From Raillietiella orientalis (taxonomy: Eukaryota): a stretch of DNA of 64,000 nucleotides. The notes under the pieces were generated by a model. The model was not told the origin of the DNA. It saw only the letters and a list, made by a program, of their open reading frames with translations, and ran no database searches. The stretch lies in contig JAYWIR010000010.1 in assembly GCA_036172245.1 (NCBI GenBank), forward strand, positions 434,001-498,000, in the 5' to 3' direction. The position numbers and the translations under genes are program-made. Shown here piece after piece: positions 24,601-36,888 of this stretch; position 1 is the first letter of the stretch, and each line of letters begins with the position of its first letter.

Positions 24601-25469
24601 GCGGAAGGCGGGAACGGCTCCGAGAAGCCGCCGAGAGCCACCGTGGCGGAAGGGATCGGAGCCGAGGCGCCGAAGCTCACCGGCAGCGACGTTTTCGCTT
24701 GGACGCGGCGGAGGCCGCCAAAGCCCCGCGTTGCGAGTGCCACCGCCGATGCTGTCATCTTCGTTTCCCTGCGTCCGCACCTTTGCCGTCGATAAAGTCG
24801 TCCCCGTGTCAATGCTCCTTCCCCGATTTGCAATCGTAAAGATCCACGCATTAGTGGAATCCTCCTCCATTCCATCTGGTCTGGCTGCTCTCCGCCTGTT
24901 CCATTCTCTCCTGAGCCTCGTCAAATGTTCTCCAGATGATTGGATTTCTTCTAGGGTCCATGAAAGACTTTTATGATCCGGTGCATCCACCGCCGCACTC
25001 GCATTATGATTTCACATGCAGATCCCGAGGCACTATAAATCAAGAGTGCCAGGGTGTCAGGGATTCTTCCGAGGAGCGTCGTCCAAACTTTGGAAGTGGA
25101 GGGGAGGATTACATCAGCGTTGTTCTCGCGAGTAGCAGTGCGTGAAGGTGCAGATGCCCAGCGCGGACGTTTCCAGAACCCTTCGGGGGATGACTGCGCC
25201 GGCGGTGTTCGTTCCGCGCGCACCGAGTGCTGGCGAGTGGCGCCGGAAATTCCCGATCGAGGCGCGGGATTTTTTTTTCTTTTCGCCTCGCACATGCTGG
25301 AAAAGAGGGACGCGTCGTCAGGAGGGTTCAGGAGCGGAGGATGCGGGCATAGGGAGCACTTAGCCGGAGGAAACCCGTTGAGGTGACCCCGAGGTGACTC
25401 TGAGCATCCAAGGAAGAGAGGTTTCTTGGAGCTCGAAGAGTCCAAGAGCGGAGCCAAACTGTCTTTGCG

Positions 25470-25675
25470 ATGGCTTCCTTGTCCGCAACATTGAAAACGC
25501 TGGCAAATAAATAAGGGAATAAAGTTTGCACGCGCTTCGTGGTCTGCAGATAAGGAAAACCTTGGCAAGTTAGTAAATACATAATTACATAAATAAATAA
25601 CGTTTGCACGAGCTTCATAGTCCGCAGGTAATAAAAACCCTGGAAAATAAATAAATAAATAAGCGGCACGAGTTG
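25470..25675. repeat. Degenerate tandem repeat, ~3 units of 60-80 bp with TAAA runs
   Basis: GTCYGCA...AAAAC..TGG.AA..(TAAA)n..GCACG recurs three times. Confidence 0.7.
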
Positions 25676-27369
25676 TTTCCGAATGCACTTTGTTTCTCGA
25701 GGGCTCAATCGAAAGCGCAACTCAGTGGGAACAGCAGGTTTGGTACAGGTAAGCTGTGTACAAGCGAACGAAGCACTGTGCCGCCAGTTGACCTCAAAGT
25801 TCAGGAACGTCAAAGATGAACTTGCAGTCGGTCGAAGGTGTGAATTGGTCAGGCGATTCTTCTCTTTCTTTCCCGTTTGCCGTCGGGAAGGAAAATTCGG
25901 GAGTAGCATCCTTTGGCAGCGTTTCCTCATCGTGAAGACTTCTTTGATCGTCGCCCACGTGGGAGCCCGGAAAACGGGGCAACCCTTCAGCATCCCGAAT
26001 CCGGGGGAAGCCGTCGTCCTTTCATCCAAGGCTTTTCGCGTTCAGTCTCAGATTGGTCCGTCCACCTTCGAACCCTCCGGCCGAGTTTTCCGAGGGTTCG
26101 TTCCCAAGGCTGAAGTGAGCGAGTACTGGAATCTACACGGGAGAGAGGGGGAGGGGAAGAAAACGGCGTTTCCGCCTTTCGATTGATCCGGGCAGCCGTG
26201 GCGCAACTTTCGAACCCTCATCTCGGGCTCCTCTTCCTCGAACGTGGGGAACGCGCCTGAGCTTCCTTCACGGACCCAGTAGCGATGGGGAGAAGTCGGC
26301 GTTCCAGCTGAGCCGGCGGAGCGGAGTCCGTTCCGTTCTTCCGAGACAAAGACTCCGTCTCGGAAGAAGAGGGAAACACAATGGAAGGAGGGTCTCATGT
26401 TTCCTGCGTAAAACGCGCATCGCGGCGGCCGCGCGTGCTCTTTCGGAGCAGCCAAGCCGCCGGCGGCACGGAGAGCGCTGGAAGCTGACGCGCTTCCTTG
26501 GAAGCTGCGAGCGCTCCCGCTGCAACCTTGATCTACGCTCTCGTTCCTCCGCCGCGAGCGCTCGCGCAGTCCCAGACTCCAGGCGAGAGAGCCTCTCTCC
26601 TGGCGGGGCGCTCCATGTCCTAGATGGAGCGAGGTGCTCAGGCGCCGATGTTGTCCTCGGAGCCGAGTGTTAACGAATCTTCAGAATCGTCGCCGCCACT
26701 CACACCACCAGCGCTGTGGAGTTCCCTGCAAAAACCCGAACTCCGGACGCGAGACTGCCGTGTCGGGAAGACCACGCCTGAGGTTATTCCGCCGGTTTGC
26801 TCTGAGAGCCGCCAGTCCGGGGGTGGGGATGGGGTGGAGGAAGCGAATCCTGCTCCATCTCTGGAGAGAACGGACCACCACCTCTCCGAAAGGCTGTCAC
26901 AGGATGGTCTCTTTCCTGTTCCCAGGACAAGAAAACGAGTGGGAACGAATCTTCAGGCTAGGGACCGATTGCAGCCGGAAGAAGGTAAAGCATGCGGCAG
27001 AGTCAAAGAGAAGGCCAAACCTTCGAGGAGTCCGCGGAAGGATGGGGAAGCGAGGGATGGAACGAGGCGCGCCAAAGATTCGGGCTGGCCGGCGCTGTGG
27101 ACGCAGCAGCGAAGAGAAGACCGTGGCTCTGCCCTTTGCCCCGAGTCCCGCGGGATCTGCCCATTCTTCCTGGTGACCCTCCCTCACAGACAACCCTCTG
27201 CTGTCGACCCAAGAGTAGGGAGCGCGCGCAACCGGTCACCCCTCTGACGACGGACACCGAGAGGTGCGCGGGTTCGACCCTGCGGTGGAGCCTCGCGGAC
27301 AGTCACATTCCACCTGCAGGACACGCTCTCGGGCTGCCCTTCCTCGAGGGCGACCCCGCTGGACGAAGC

Positions 27370-27850
27370 AGGAGGGACGACACCGAAGCGAACTCTGTCT
27401 TCGGCGAGGACCAAGCGCAGGGCGTCCGAATGCTGGGCTTGTCGGGCCGCAACATGTTCCACGCCGCGAACTCTTCTCGTCGTTGGCGCCGCGCAAACGC
27501 TCGCTCTGCAGGTAACGGGAGGAAGGATCGCGGGACGAAGCCATGCCGTGTCGAGACTGGCACCACGGAACGTCCTGGTACCCTCTGCTGGCACAGAGCT
27601 TGCCACGCCCAGTCCACTTCGGGAAGGGTGCTGGAACGCACGCTGCTTCCGCTTCACATCGGCATCCCAATCTGTCGAGCGGAAGGTGGTGGGGAAGGCG
27701 GCTGGGCTCTGGGTGGAGCCGGAACGGACGTCGCGAACTGGGGGGTCGCTGATCAGGTGGTGCGACAGGTTGGGAAGCGCAGCCAGGGATCGCAGCGCGT
27801 GAGGAGCGACACCTACCGATATACCTGGAGGAGAGACGAGAGCCTTTAGC
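27370..27850 (+). mobile_element. Possible decayed APE-type endonuclease remnant of a LINE
   Basis: Collinear motif-like peptides RNVLVPS (cf. NVYAP), GWALGG (cf. WILGGDFN), RYTW (cf. YTW); weak. Confidence 0.3.
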
Positions 27851-28199
27851 CAAAGGGATCAATGGGCACACGGGACCTCCGGGATTTCGTCGTTTGCTGG
27901 AGCGTTCCACTCTGCCATCCGCCTTGGTCGTCCCGAAAGAGTTCCTCTCGAAAAGGGAACACGCTGCGGGAGCAACGTCGCAGGGCTGCTCCTTCTGTTG
28001 GCAAGGAAACTGACACCGATCTTTCCGGACAAAGTGGCTCCTGGATTGCGTGCACTTCCCGTCGAACAGCAGCGGCGTTCCTTTTTTTCTTTTTGGTTCT
28101 TCAGGAGTGCCGAAAAACCGTCCGCCTTTTTGGGGAGGGCTCACGGTGCTCTTTGACGCCGTCGGAGCCACACGAGGGTGCGTGTCAAGCCTTCGAGTC

Positions 28200-28645
28200 A
28201 AAGGGTTACCCCGGAGAGCCACCCTATGAATCTAGGAAGGCTCCGGAGGAAGGAGTCCGTTCTCTCACGCTTGTAGGGAAACCTCGAAGGGAACCATTGC
28301 CCTCGTTGTCTCCGGAGGGACCCCCGAGAATGGCACTCCTGAGATTGACCCCTCGAAGAGGATGAGCTCCTGGAATTCCTCCTCCAGAGGGAATGTGCAA
28401 GGGAACCGCTCCCTGTTCCCTCCTCTGAGGAGAGCCCCGAAGGAACGCTCTTACATTTCTCCCCAAAGGGAGCAATGCGTTTTTTTGCCCTCTGGAGAGG
28501 TGACCTCCTGGGAGGGACATCAATCGGCTCCTTGGCACGCGATGGAGGAGCCCTTTGCACGACTGGAAGGGAGTTGTGAAGGGCTCCTGGATTCCTGGAA
28601 AGACCCCATAGGGTCGACTTTCCCATCCCGGCCGGTCAACGGGGG
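28200..28645 (+). repeat. Unidentified dispersed repeat family 2, copy c
   Basis: CCGGAGAGCCACCCTATGAATCTAGGAAGGCTCCGGAGGAAGG aligns with the start of 38335-38730; 3' part aligns with 2160-2230. Confidence 0.75.
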
Positions 28646-28924
28646 TTTCCAGCTTCCACCAGTACCGCCCCCTAATGGGACAGAAACCGTCTTCAGAAAG
28701 CTCTGCAGGCGCTCGGCTCGTTTCAAAGAGGCAGGTTCTACCTACCCGAAAGGGCCGCGACGTGAAACACGTTTGTGGTCTCCCTCCTCTGCACCCTGAG
28801 TTTTGCTTTTCCCCTCCCTGCAGCATTAGGAAGCGGACAAAGCACCTCCCTCCTTATGGGCAAGGGAGACCCCGAGTGCGGAGGACTTGTGTGCTCCGCG
28901 CCGGGACGGCGGCCTAGGCCTCCT

Positions 28925-29290
28925 GACGCTGGAGAGAATGGAGCAAAGCAGCAAAGAGCTGCTGGGGATGCGGCGCACGAAGAGGCGTTTCATCGCGTTC
29001 CTGGAATTGTTCGTCGGTACATCGAGGGCTGTCGCGTAACGCAACCACAGGGCCGGAGGACAATACAGTCTACAGGCAGGTGCAGGAGCTGGGATTCCCG
29101 CACCCCAAACCTGCAGCAGTCTGCGTCCACAGTCCCCTGGGTCCAGTGAGATCAGAGGAGGTTGCACGGGAGGTCCGGTGCAGCAGCATCAACGTCGACC
29201 CCTGACAATTCAGGGGGAGGGGTCGGTTGTTTTTGAGCTCTGGGGACCACTAGAGGTCTTCCTGTAGGATTTCCAGCTCAGAGCGCTTTG
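28925..29290 (-). mobile_element. LINE zf-RVT fragment, close relative of copies A/B/C, lacking the 3' UTR
   Basis: Minus strand CGACGTTGATGCTGCTGCACCGGACCTCCC...LRYATALDVPTNNSRNAMKRLFVR, clearly homologous to 12575-12880. Confidence 0.85.
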
Positions 29291-29579
29291 GAGGGGATCC
29301 AATCGAATCCCGCCGGACTGACTGATGAAACCGACTCTTTGTTTACCCAATGAGGCGCGCCGCTGGTGCACTCGGCGGCACGGCGGACCCACAGGATCCC
29401 TCCTGGAGAACAGCAGGGACAGCAAGCGGCTCTCCACGGAGGAGCGGAACAGAGCGGCGACTTGAAGGCGAAACCATCAGGACACCTTTCACCACGTCCA
29501 CGGGAGGGGCACTTTCGAGAGCCGCGCCACTGACGATTGCGCTCTTCTGATGCCTCGCGGCGGAAGGCCGAGACGACGG

Positions 29580-29700
29580 ACGAGATTGAAAGAGCGGTGG
29601 GTCTGAAATTGCATATGTCGTTCCGATCCTCTTCCAGGAAAGTGTCCGTTGATGAGCTTTCAAACAGCAGTTTGTCCGGTGGCGCAGAACTCGACCCTCT
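29580..29700 (-). mobile_element. LINE RT N-terminal motif remnant
   Basis: FLEEDRNDICNFRPTALS resembles the LIPK-x-D-x3-NFRPIAL motif that opens non-LTR RT domains. Confidence 0.5.
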
Positions 29701-30249
29701 TTGAAAGTCTCTGTTAGGTTGGAGGTTGTGAGTCAAGAGACGGGAAGTTCTTGGAGCGTTCGTTGATGGCTTTCCTTCTTCCCCTTCCCAATTCCCTACT
29801 GTTCGTAGGAAGTGCGATGTGAACCTCCCCTCTCATGCCGTGAGCTGCTCTCGTCGGCTTGGATTCCCACTGGCTGCGGTGGTCGTTCCGAAGCCCAACG
29901 AAACGTCAGTTCCGAAGACTTTCAGCCGTTCCGGGGTCTTACCCTCGAGAGGGGCGGCGCGACTCGAACTGCCTGACCATTCTTCATCATCTCCTCGACA
30001 GACGAGATGTCTTCCGCTCTCCCGACACCGGGACCATTCGTTCGAGCTGAGGCTACGGGAAAAGGCACCTCCGCGCTAGCGGGCGATCTCTTTTCTGCCG
30101 CGCTCTTCCTCGATTCGGAAGGGTCCACTGGACAACTCTGTGCCCTTCTGGACCGTGATGAATGAACCGGAGTCCTCTCCCTTTGGTTGGGCTACTCAGC
30201 ACCCCATCCTCCCTCCCTATTACTGCTTTGATCCTGCTCAAAGGAGCAG

Positions 30250-30450
30250 GTACGTGCGGCCGTGTCTTCGGGAAAGCCGCTTCGACCAAGTCCACTTCTC
30301 GAGACGGTCAGCACAGCATCGGACCCGAAACGAGCCAGCCAGGTTTCCTGGTTGGGGTCTCCGAGTCACTCCGAGGGCTACCGGGAGGCGAAATCTTTTC
30401 ATTCACCGTCCAGGAGGAGACAGCCAATCGTTCCTGGCTCATTCCTATGA
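30250..30450 (-). mobile_element. LINE RT motif remnant
   Basis: GCLLLDGE*KDFAS (cf. LLLD-x-EKAFDS) followed by LVEAAFPK (cf. L-x3-GFP). Confidence 0.35.
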
Positions 30451-32858
30451 CCACGCCCTTCCGCCACTCTTCGGTCAGATTCCAGAAAGGTTCGGGAGCT
30501 TTGCTTTCTTCTTCTTCCTCTTCTTTTTTTCATTCTTTTTCCTACTCTTCCTCTTCTTCTTCCGTCGCGTTTCGAGAGCCGATGAACCGCTACCAGGTGT
30601 TGAAAATTCACAGATTGGGGTCGCAAGGAAACGTACGTTTCGAAAGGTGGGAATGGCCGGCGGATGGGCAGTGTGCAGCGACACACACTCACACCCTAAC
30701 CGAGCTACCGACCCAACTCTGCATCCCGGGAAGAAGCGAATGAGCATAGAGAAATGAGCATGAGTAGAGCGTGAGTCCTCGAGTGGGAAGCGCGAAACCC
30801 GAGGTACCGGCAGTCGTGTCAGGGCAGCGCAGGTGCGTTTGTGGTCGCGCCGACCGAGCCATTCCGCCACGAGTCTCCGGGAATCGCCCGCGCATTCCCC
30901 CATAACGTCTTTCCGGAACCACAGTTTGAAGGAGCCATGGGAATGACGAAGCGGTTCGAATGGGCGGAAAGAGGGTGTTCGAGAAAAAGGGGAGCCGAGC
31001 GGGCATCTGCGCTGTAGGCAAGCCGCGAGCGCACGGAGATCGAATCGGGGAGGTCCTGAAGGTCGAAAATTCGATCATCAAGGAGAGCACCCTCGTTCCC
31101 TCTGGTCGAAACACTTGGACAGTGAAGATTCGGCGAAGAGGTCTCGAAGAGGAACGCACTTCCTCTTCAAAGGCTACCGCTTTCCCGAGTTCCCAGCTTC
31201 TTCCCGGGCCCGCTCGAGTCGTCGCAGAGGCGGGCTGTTGCTCTTGGAATGCAGATCATTCCGAGTGGTTGCTTTCGGATGGCACATCTCCGCAGATGCT
31301 TGCAGTTGCCCTGGGAATGAACGCAGAGCTCTCGATCCCGAAAGAGTAAAGTAGCGAGTAAACGCGGCAGTCATTGAATTCCCGTCCTTTCGATGAGGAC
31401 GTACCCTCGTCTTGTACACTGGAGCCGTATGTACACTCCAAGTACTTGGTCTCCGTAATGAGGAACAATGCAAACGATTGGCTGACGAACCGGATATGCG
31501 CGTGTTTTGTATACATGAATAGAGAATAATAGAAGCTTGCAGTTTGTTGTTTTCTACGACAAGGTCCTCGGGTGAAACTCAGGTGACGTCAGAGGATGGA
31601 GGAAACCCACTTCATGGCACATGCCGGAGGCACATCTCATAGATGAGACGGTGGTGTCTCCGCGATGGCGGCGGGTGCAAATCCACTATCCAAGTAAATG
31701 AAATGCGCGGGGGAAAATGCAACATGGCGGCAACATGGACAGGGAAAAAACGGGAGCGCGGGAAAGCATCGATGAGATGATGCCTTTCCCTCGAGGCGGA
31801 TGCAGCTGGTGCTTGGCAGCTCGCGAAGCAGAGATGCCACCAGCACTCCCAGATGTGTTCGCCTTCCGTGTTCCTCGGAGGGGAGGTCGGCGTGCACGTC
31901 GCGTTCGCCGGCAAAGAGACGTCGTCGCGCTCCGCGGGAGCTTTCGATCCCGTTCCACTCTTTCTCCGGCTGCCCGCTCGTGGACCGGGCGTGTGGCAGA
32001 GTCTCTGAAATGAGAGAAACCCACGAGTACTGCGAAGTCAACCGCCTCGAGGCGCACCGCTGCTGCTCTCAAGTTTCAGTTTCCCGGAGATCGAGACTCC
32101 GCGCGCGATCAGTGCTGCCAGTCTTTCTGCTTCTCGGGCCGGGAGAACTCCCGTGGAAGGGTTTGGCAGTCGCGCTCTCCTCGAGGAACGGGCTATCTTT
32201 TTTTCTTTCGGGATAAATTTTCCGATTCAAAGAGATACGGATGCTGAGCGCAGGAGTGCGACTCGGGATGAATCTCGTTCTTGGAGAATCTTCCAGAAGT
32301 TCTTTTTTTTCTCTAACGTTCCTCGTGTCTCTTGTACTGTGAAGGAAGAAACTACGGCGGAACTAAAACACGTGAGGGTGTGGTCCGAAGCGGGCGAGTC
32401 ATGAACGCAAAGGTTGCTTGCAACTCTAAGAAGAGAATCCGCATCTTTGTGCTGGTGAAGCATGAAACGGCGACGATTACGTCATTCCAGAACTCCTGCC
32501 GATGCGGAGTCATTTGCTGTGTTTCCTCCCTCGTGTTTCTTGTTCGCCGTTTTACAAACGGACATCGAAAACATTCTTGGATGCAAATGAAAGTTGCATC
32601 TCACTGATCACACAGTTTTGAGCTTGCTTTCCACGAGCCACTTCTCGGCTGAGATCGGTGGTGCAGTGAAAATCAATTAATGATGCCTTAGGCGTGACGA
32701 ACTTCGTCAGCACTGGAAATAGAAATAAGGGCTTAAGGGGTCTTAAGGGGTGGGCAGTGTCTGAACAGTTGAGAACAGCGCTCAAATTTTCCACCCATTG
32801 CAAGGAGGCCTTTATCATTAAACAAAACCATAATGAAAGTCCATTAGAAGTGTTCAAG

Positions 32859-33520
32859 CGTGGTGAAACACTCGGTTTCACCACGTGCTCGGGACTTGCC
32901 ACGACCGGTACGAACACCCGCGAGATCCGTTTCCACAGCGACGGAGAAGGGAAAACCGGCAAAAACAAGGAAAAAGAAAAAGAGGAAACAAACAAAATAG
33001 AGAAAAATGGGAAGAAAACTTTCACTGGGGAAGGGGAGGGCACCAGGGATGGCATCACACTTCTCTGGCAGACGTCCTCGCCATCCTGTCGAGGATGCTG
33101 GCAAAAGTTCTGTCCGTATCTCGCCCAGGTGGGGGCCATCTCGAGGCGGTCCTCAGGAAGATTCACACCCAGTGGATGGCGTCCCTTCGATTCTGGCCTT
33201 CCACGCCGCCACGATCCCGCGAAGACAGCAGGGCACTGCAAGGGTCGCGGCCGGTGGCAGTGTGGCGCGCACGGAGAGGAGTTTGCAGATGTCCCTGGGG
33301 TCGCCAGCCGGGATTCCTAGGGTCATCGAGAGACTGTTCCAAAGGGACCGGGGGGCGGCAGGGTCCAGCAGAAGGTGCGGGAGGGCCTCCTTCTCGCCCC
33401 ACCTTCCACAGTTGGCATCCACACTCCCCCGTGTCCAATGATGAAGGCGCTCCTTGAACGGAATTCCCCAATGCAACACCAGAACGCCAACTCCTGCCAC
33501 TCGAGGGGGACGGTGAACAG
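32859..33520 (-). mobile_element. Diverged LINE 3'-end copy E
   Basis: VLHWGIPFKERLHHWTRGSVDANCGRWGEKEALPHLLLDP...CCLRGIVAAW; T-rich tract and UTR; perfect 11-bp hairpin CGTGGTGAAAC/GTTTCACCACG at 32859-32885. Confidence 0.85.
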
Positions 33521-34113
33521 CGCTCAAGTGCGGCAGGCGGTAGTTTGTCACGGGCTCTCTTTGTCACCCATCGCTATGCCTCCTCCCCTGAGTTTGTCAC
33601 ATCCTTCCTGGGGGTCATGCACTCCCGGCAGGTCCGCGAACGCGCCTCCTCCTCTGATGAGGAGCATCTCGTCCAATGGTGCAGTTTTTCTTGAACTTCG
33701 CTGACCGAGAGTGTCCCTGTGAGGGTTCACTGTGAGAGCCTCGTGCCGGCGTTAGCTGGAGCGCCATGAAAGGAAGATTTGGACCGGAAATAAAAAGGGA
33801 TATGGACGAGGTAAACGAAACCAATGGAGAAAACAGGAGGGGAAGGGACCATAGCGTTCGTCGCTTTGAGAAAGCGGCGTGTTGGAGAGGAAGCAGCCAA
33901 TCGTCACTCGGGAAACTCGAAAAAAAAAAGAAAGAAACAAAATGGGTCCTCTTGCTGATGGTGACATTCATGCCCACCAAAGGTTCTCTCCGGACAAACA
34001 GTCTTTCCGATCCCCGACTGTTGTATCTTCTTCGAGAACAAGAGCATCCTCCGGTGCTTGCAGGACTGATCAGGATCGTCGGCGCCCGAACTGCCAGCGC
34101 TGTGGACGGGCGG

Positions 34114-35003
34114 AAAGAACCTCCCCAGCCTCAGCACTGCCCTTCCTCAGGGAACACCTGGGCAGTAACCAGCCGGCTAGATGGGAGATCCGATGGGAGA
34201 TCGGTGGAAGAGCGAAGGAATGAGGTGGGTGGACCACGGGTCAGCTCACGGATGCTGCGACAACAAGTGCCCCACCGAAAGGACTATTGCTCTAAGGCGA
34301 GCGGCTGCGAATCCTACAGGAAGGGTCTCCTCCTGAAGTGGTAGGGGGGCGACGTTGATGCTGCTGCACCGGGACCTCCCATGCAACGTCCTCCAATCTC
34401 ACTGGACCCAGGAAACTGTGGACCCACACTGCTGCAGGTTCGGGGAGCGGGAATTTCAGCTCTCCCACTTGCTTGTAGACTGTGCTGCCCTGCGGCCCCT
34501 GCGCTTGCGTTACGCAACGGCCCTCGGTGCACCGACGGACAATTCCAGGGACGCGATAAAGGGCCTCTTCGTGCGCGACGCCCTTTCGCCTGCCGCATCC
34601 CCAGCACCTCTCTGCTGCTGCCTACGTGGGGTTGTGGCGGCCTGGAGCTACGCGAGAGGAGGACGGCGAGAAAGGGACGCCGTCCGCTTCGTCCTGCGCT
34701 TCCTCCGAACGGCAGCAAGATGGCCCCGCCTGGGGACATACTCGGAGGGCATCCTGGAAAGGGTGCAGAGGACGCCTTCCAGCTCCCTTCCCTAACCCTC
34801 CCATTTTTTTGTGCAAACAGTGTTTTGTTTTTATTTTTATTTTTGTTTGCCTCCCATCCCCCCCCGCTGCCGAGGCGAACCTCACCGGCCTGCGTGCCGG
34901 TTCCGTGGCAGGTTCCGAGCATTTTCGGACATTGTAGGGCCGACGGTCCTAATATGTATGTTTATTTTTATTAATAAACGTCCCAGAGTGACCGCGTGAT
35001 AAA
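34114..35003 (+). mobile_element. LINE 3'-end block, copy B (near-identical to A and C)
   Basis: Same AAAGAACCTCCCC start and same 146-aa degenerate zf-RVT ORF (34355-34795) as copy A. Confidence 0.9.
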
Positions 35004-35034
35004 TCAGAGACGTATGGAGGCGCCTCTTCGTAGG

Positions 35035-35455
35035 AGACGACTACCGCCAGCCGCAGCCCCATCAGCTCTCTCTACGCGGGGTCTTGGCTGCCCGGGGCCC
35101 CGTTGAAAGAGGTGACAACGACAGGGGCTCGTCTTGTGGTCCGCTTCCTGAGGATGGCGATATCTGGGGGACATGCAGTGCAAACTTGCCGGCATCCTTG
35201 TAAGGATGCAGAGAGCGCCTCTAGGCAGACGGCCCCTCCATCCCTCCCCCCCCTTCACTCCATTAAAATGTGTTTCATATTCATTTATTTATTTTTTAAT
35301 TTTGCTTTACTGTTGGTCCCCTCCCCTCTGCTGTCGAGGTGACCCTCGCCAGCCTGTGTGCCGGCGACCCGGCAGGTTCGTTGGAGGATGGACGTGGCGG
35401 GAGCGAGGGTTCCACCACCACATTGGAAAGAAATGTCCCGGGGCAACAGGGTAGG
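35035..35455 (+). mobile_element. Diverged LINE 3'-end copy F, directly tandem behind copy B
   Basis: VRFLRMA...CTTGCCGGCATCCTTGTAAGGATG; UTR element CTGTCGAGGTGACCCTCGCCAGCCTGTGTGCCGGCGACCCGGCAG at 35331-35375. Confidence 0.8.
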
Positions 35456-36888
35456 AAAAGAGGAACGCCGCGGCGTTGTCTCCCGAGCTCCCGTTCCGGA
35501 AGTCCAGAGCAGTTCGATGTCTCCTGGAGGGGAACGCGGACACGACGCTCAAGGAACGAACGACATCAGCAAGGAGTAGCGTGGTGGAACGAAGGGGAGT
35601 ACTGGGCAGCTCCGCGAAGGTGGTTCGAGCCAAGGTGCCGCCTCTCCCGAAGCGGACGGAGGCGCCGACGGGTTGCGCGCGTCCTACGGATGTGACGTTT
35701 CCGGGTTTGTTGCTCCGGATGGAGGAAAATTCCTACAGGACGAAGGACGCGCAGAGGAAAATAGGGAGGGCGACAGACAGAAATGGTGGTGGAACAGCAG
35801 AACAGGCGGGAGTTCCAAAGCCGACAAAGCCGGGGCAAAGCGGTTGACAAGGAACGGAATTTACCCCTAAGAAAAAAAAAAAAACGCACGCACGCACACG
35901 CGAAACGAAGAAGAAAATGCGTTTGCAAGAACTGCTTCTTCCTCTGCTTCTTGGGCAAGAGTCGGAGCTCCTTGCTCCCGCACCCGGGCAAGCCAGCAGA
36001 TCGGCTGGAAGACGACCCGGGACGAAATTTCAGCGCTCTCCGGGTCCCGAAACGCCGCCCTCCCGCCGGCCAGCCAGGGACTCGGACCCTCGTCGCACCG
36101 GGATGCGAACGCCACCAGACGGGCGAACGCGCTTCCGTTTCCGTTAGCGGAATCCCGCGGCGAACGGGTGGACGGACAGGGCCGGCTTGCGGCAGGCGGG
36201 GGACCGCGGTCAATACGCGCGTCTGCGCTGCTGATTTCTGATTCTGCTCTCCGACAACGCGGCGTCGAAAGGTTGTCCGATGAGAAGACCTTGTTTGGCG
36301 TGCGCAGGCGCGCCTCGCCCTGCTTTCGCCCCTTCCCCCTTTTCAGCGCGTCCTTTCTGCCATGACGTCGGCGAACGCTGGAAACCATTCCTTCCGCTCC
36401 TGAGGGATTTCCAGGATTGGGGGAGACGATGCAGGATGCGACTGATGCGAGGAGGCAGGAAGACGACGGACGACCGGCGTCAAATGGATGGACGCACGAG
36501 AGGTGATTCCCTCTGGGCGGGAACACCTGCAGCAAGAATTTTTGCTAGTGTCCTGCAACGTGCTCCCCTCTCCCTTCTCCCAGAGGGCGCACACGTGGTG
36601 TGCGCTGCGAAAAGTTGGCGCGAACACTTGGGCTCAGCCACTATGCGAACACCGCCAACGCGAACTGCCATCCGCTCGAAAATTCAGGTTCAGCGCTCCG
36701 GGCGGTTGCGGCTCCCAGGACGCGTAGTTCGCGTAGGGCGAAGAAAGGGCGCACGAAACGAACCCGCAGACCCGAAACTCGTCTTGGTCCAAAGGCACAC
36801 AGACGAAGGAAAGTCCGATGTGGTCTCGCCACGGCGGTCTCGCGGCCGGAGGTCGAGTCTTGCAGGAGGCGCAACTTCGCAACCCTGG

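Noticed and set aside
25470..25675. CRISPR-like array
   Set aside because: Repeats are degenerate, spacers are TAAA low-complexity, there are no cas genes and the context is eukaryotic.
29315..29360. CTGATGA hammerhead core candidates (also ~434, ~13905, ~33654)
   Set aside because: No stem II followed by GAAA and no closing stems could be built.
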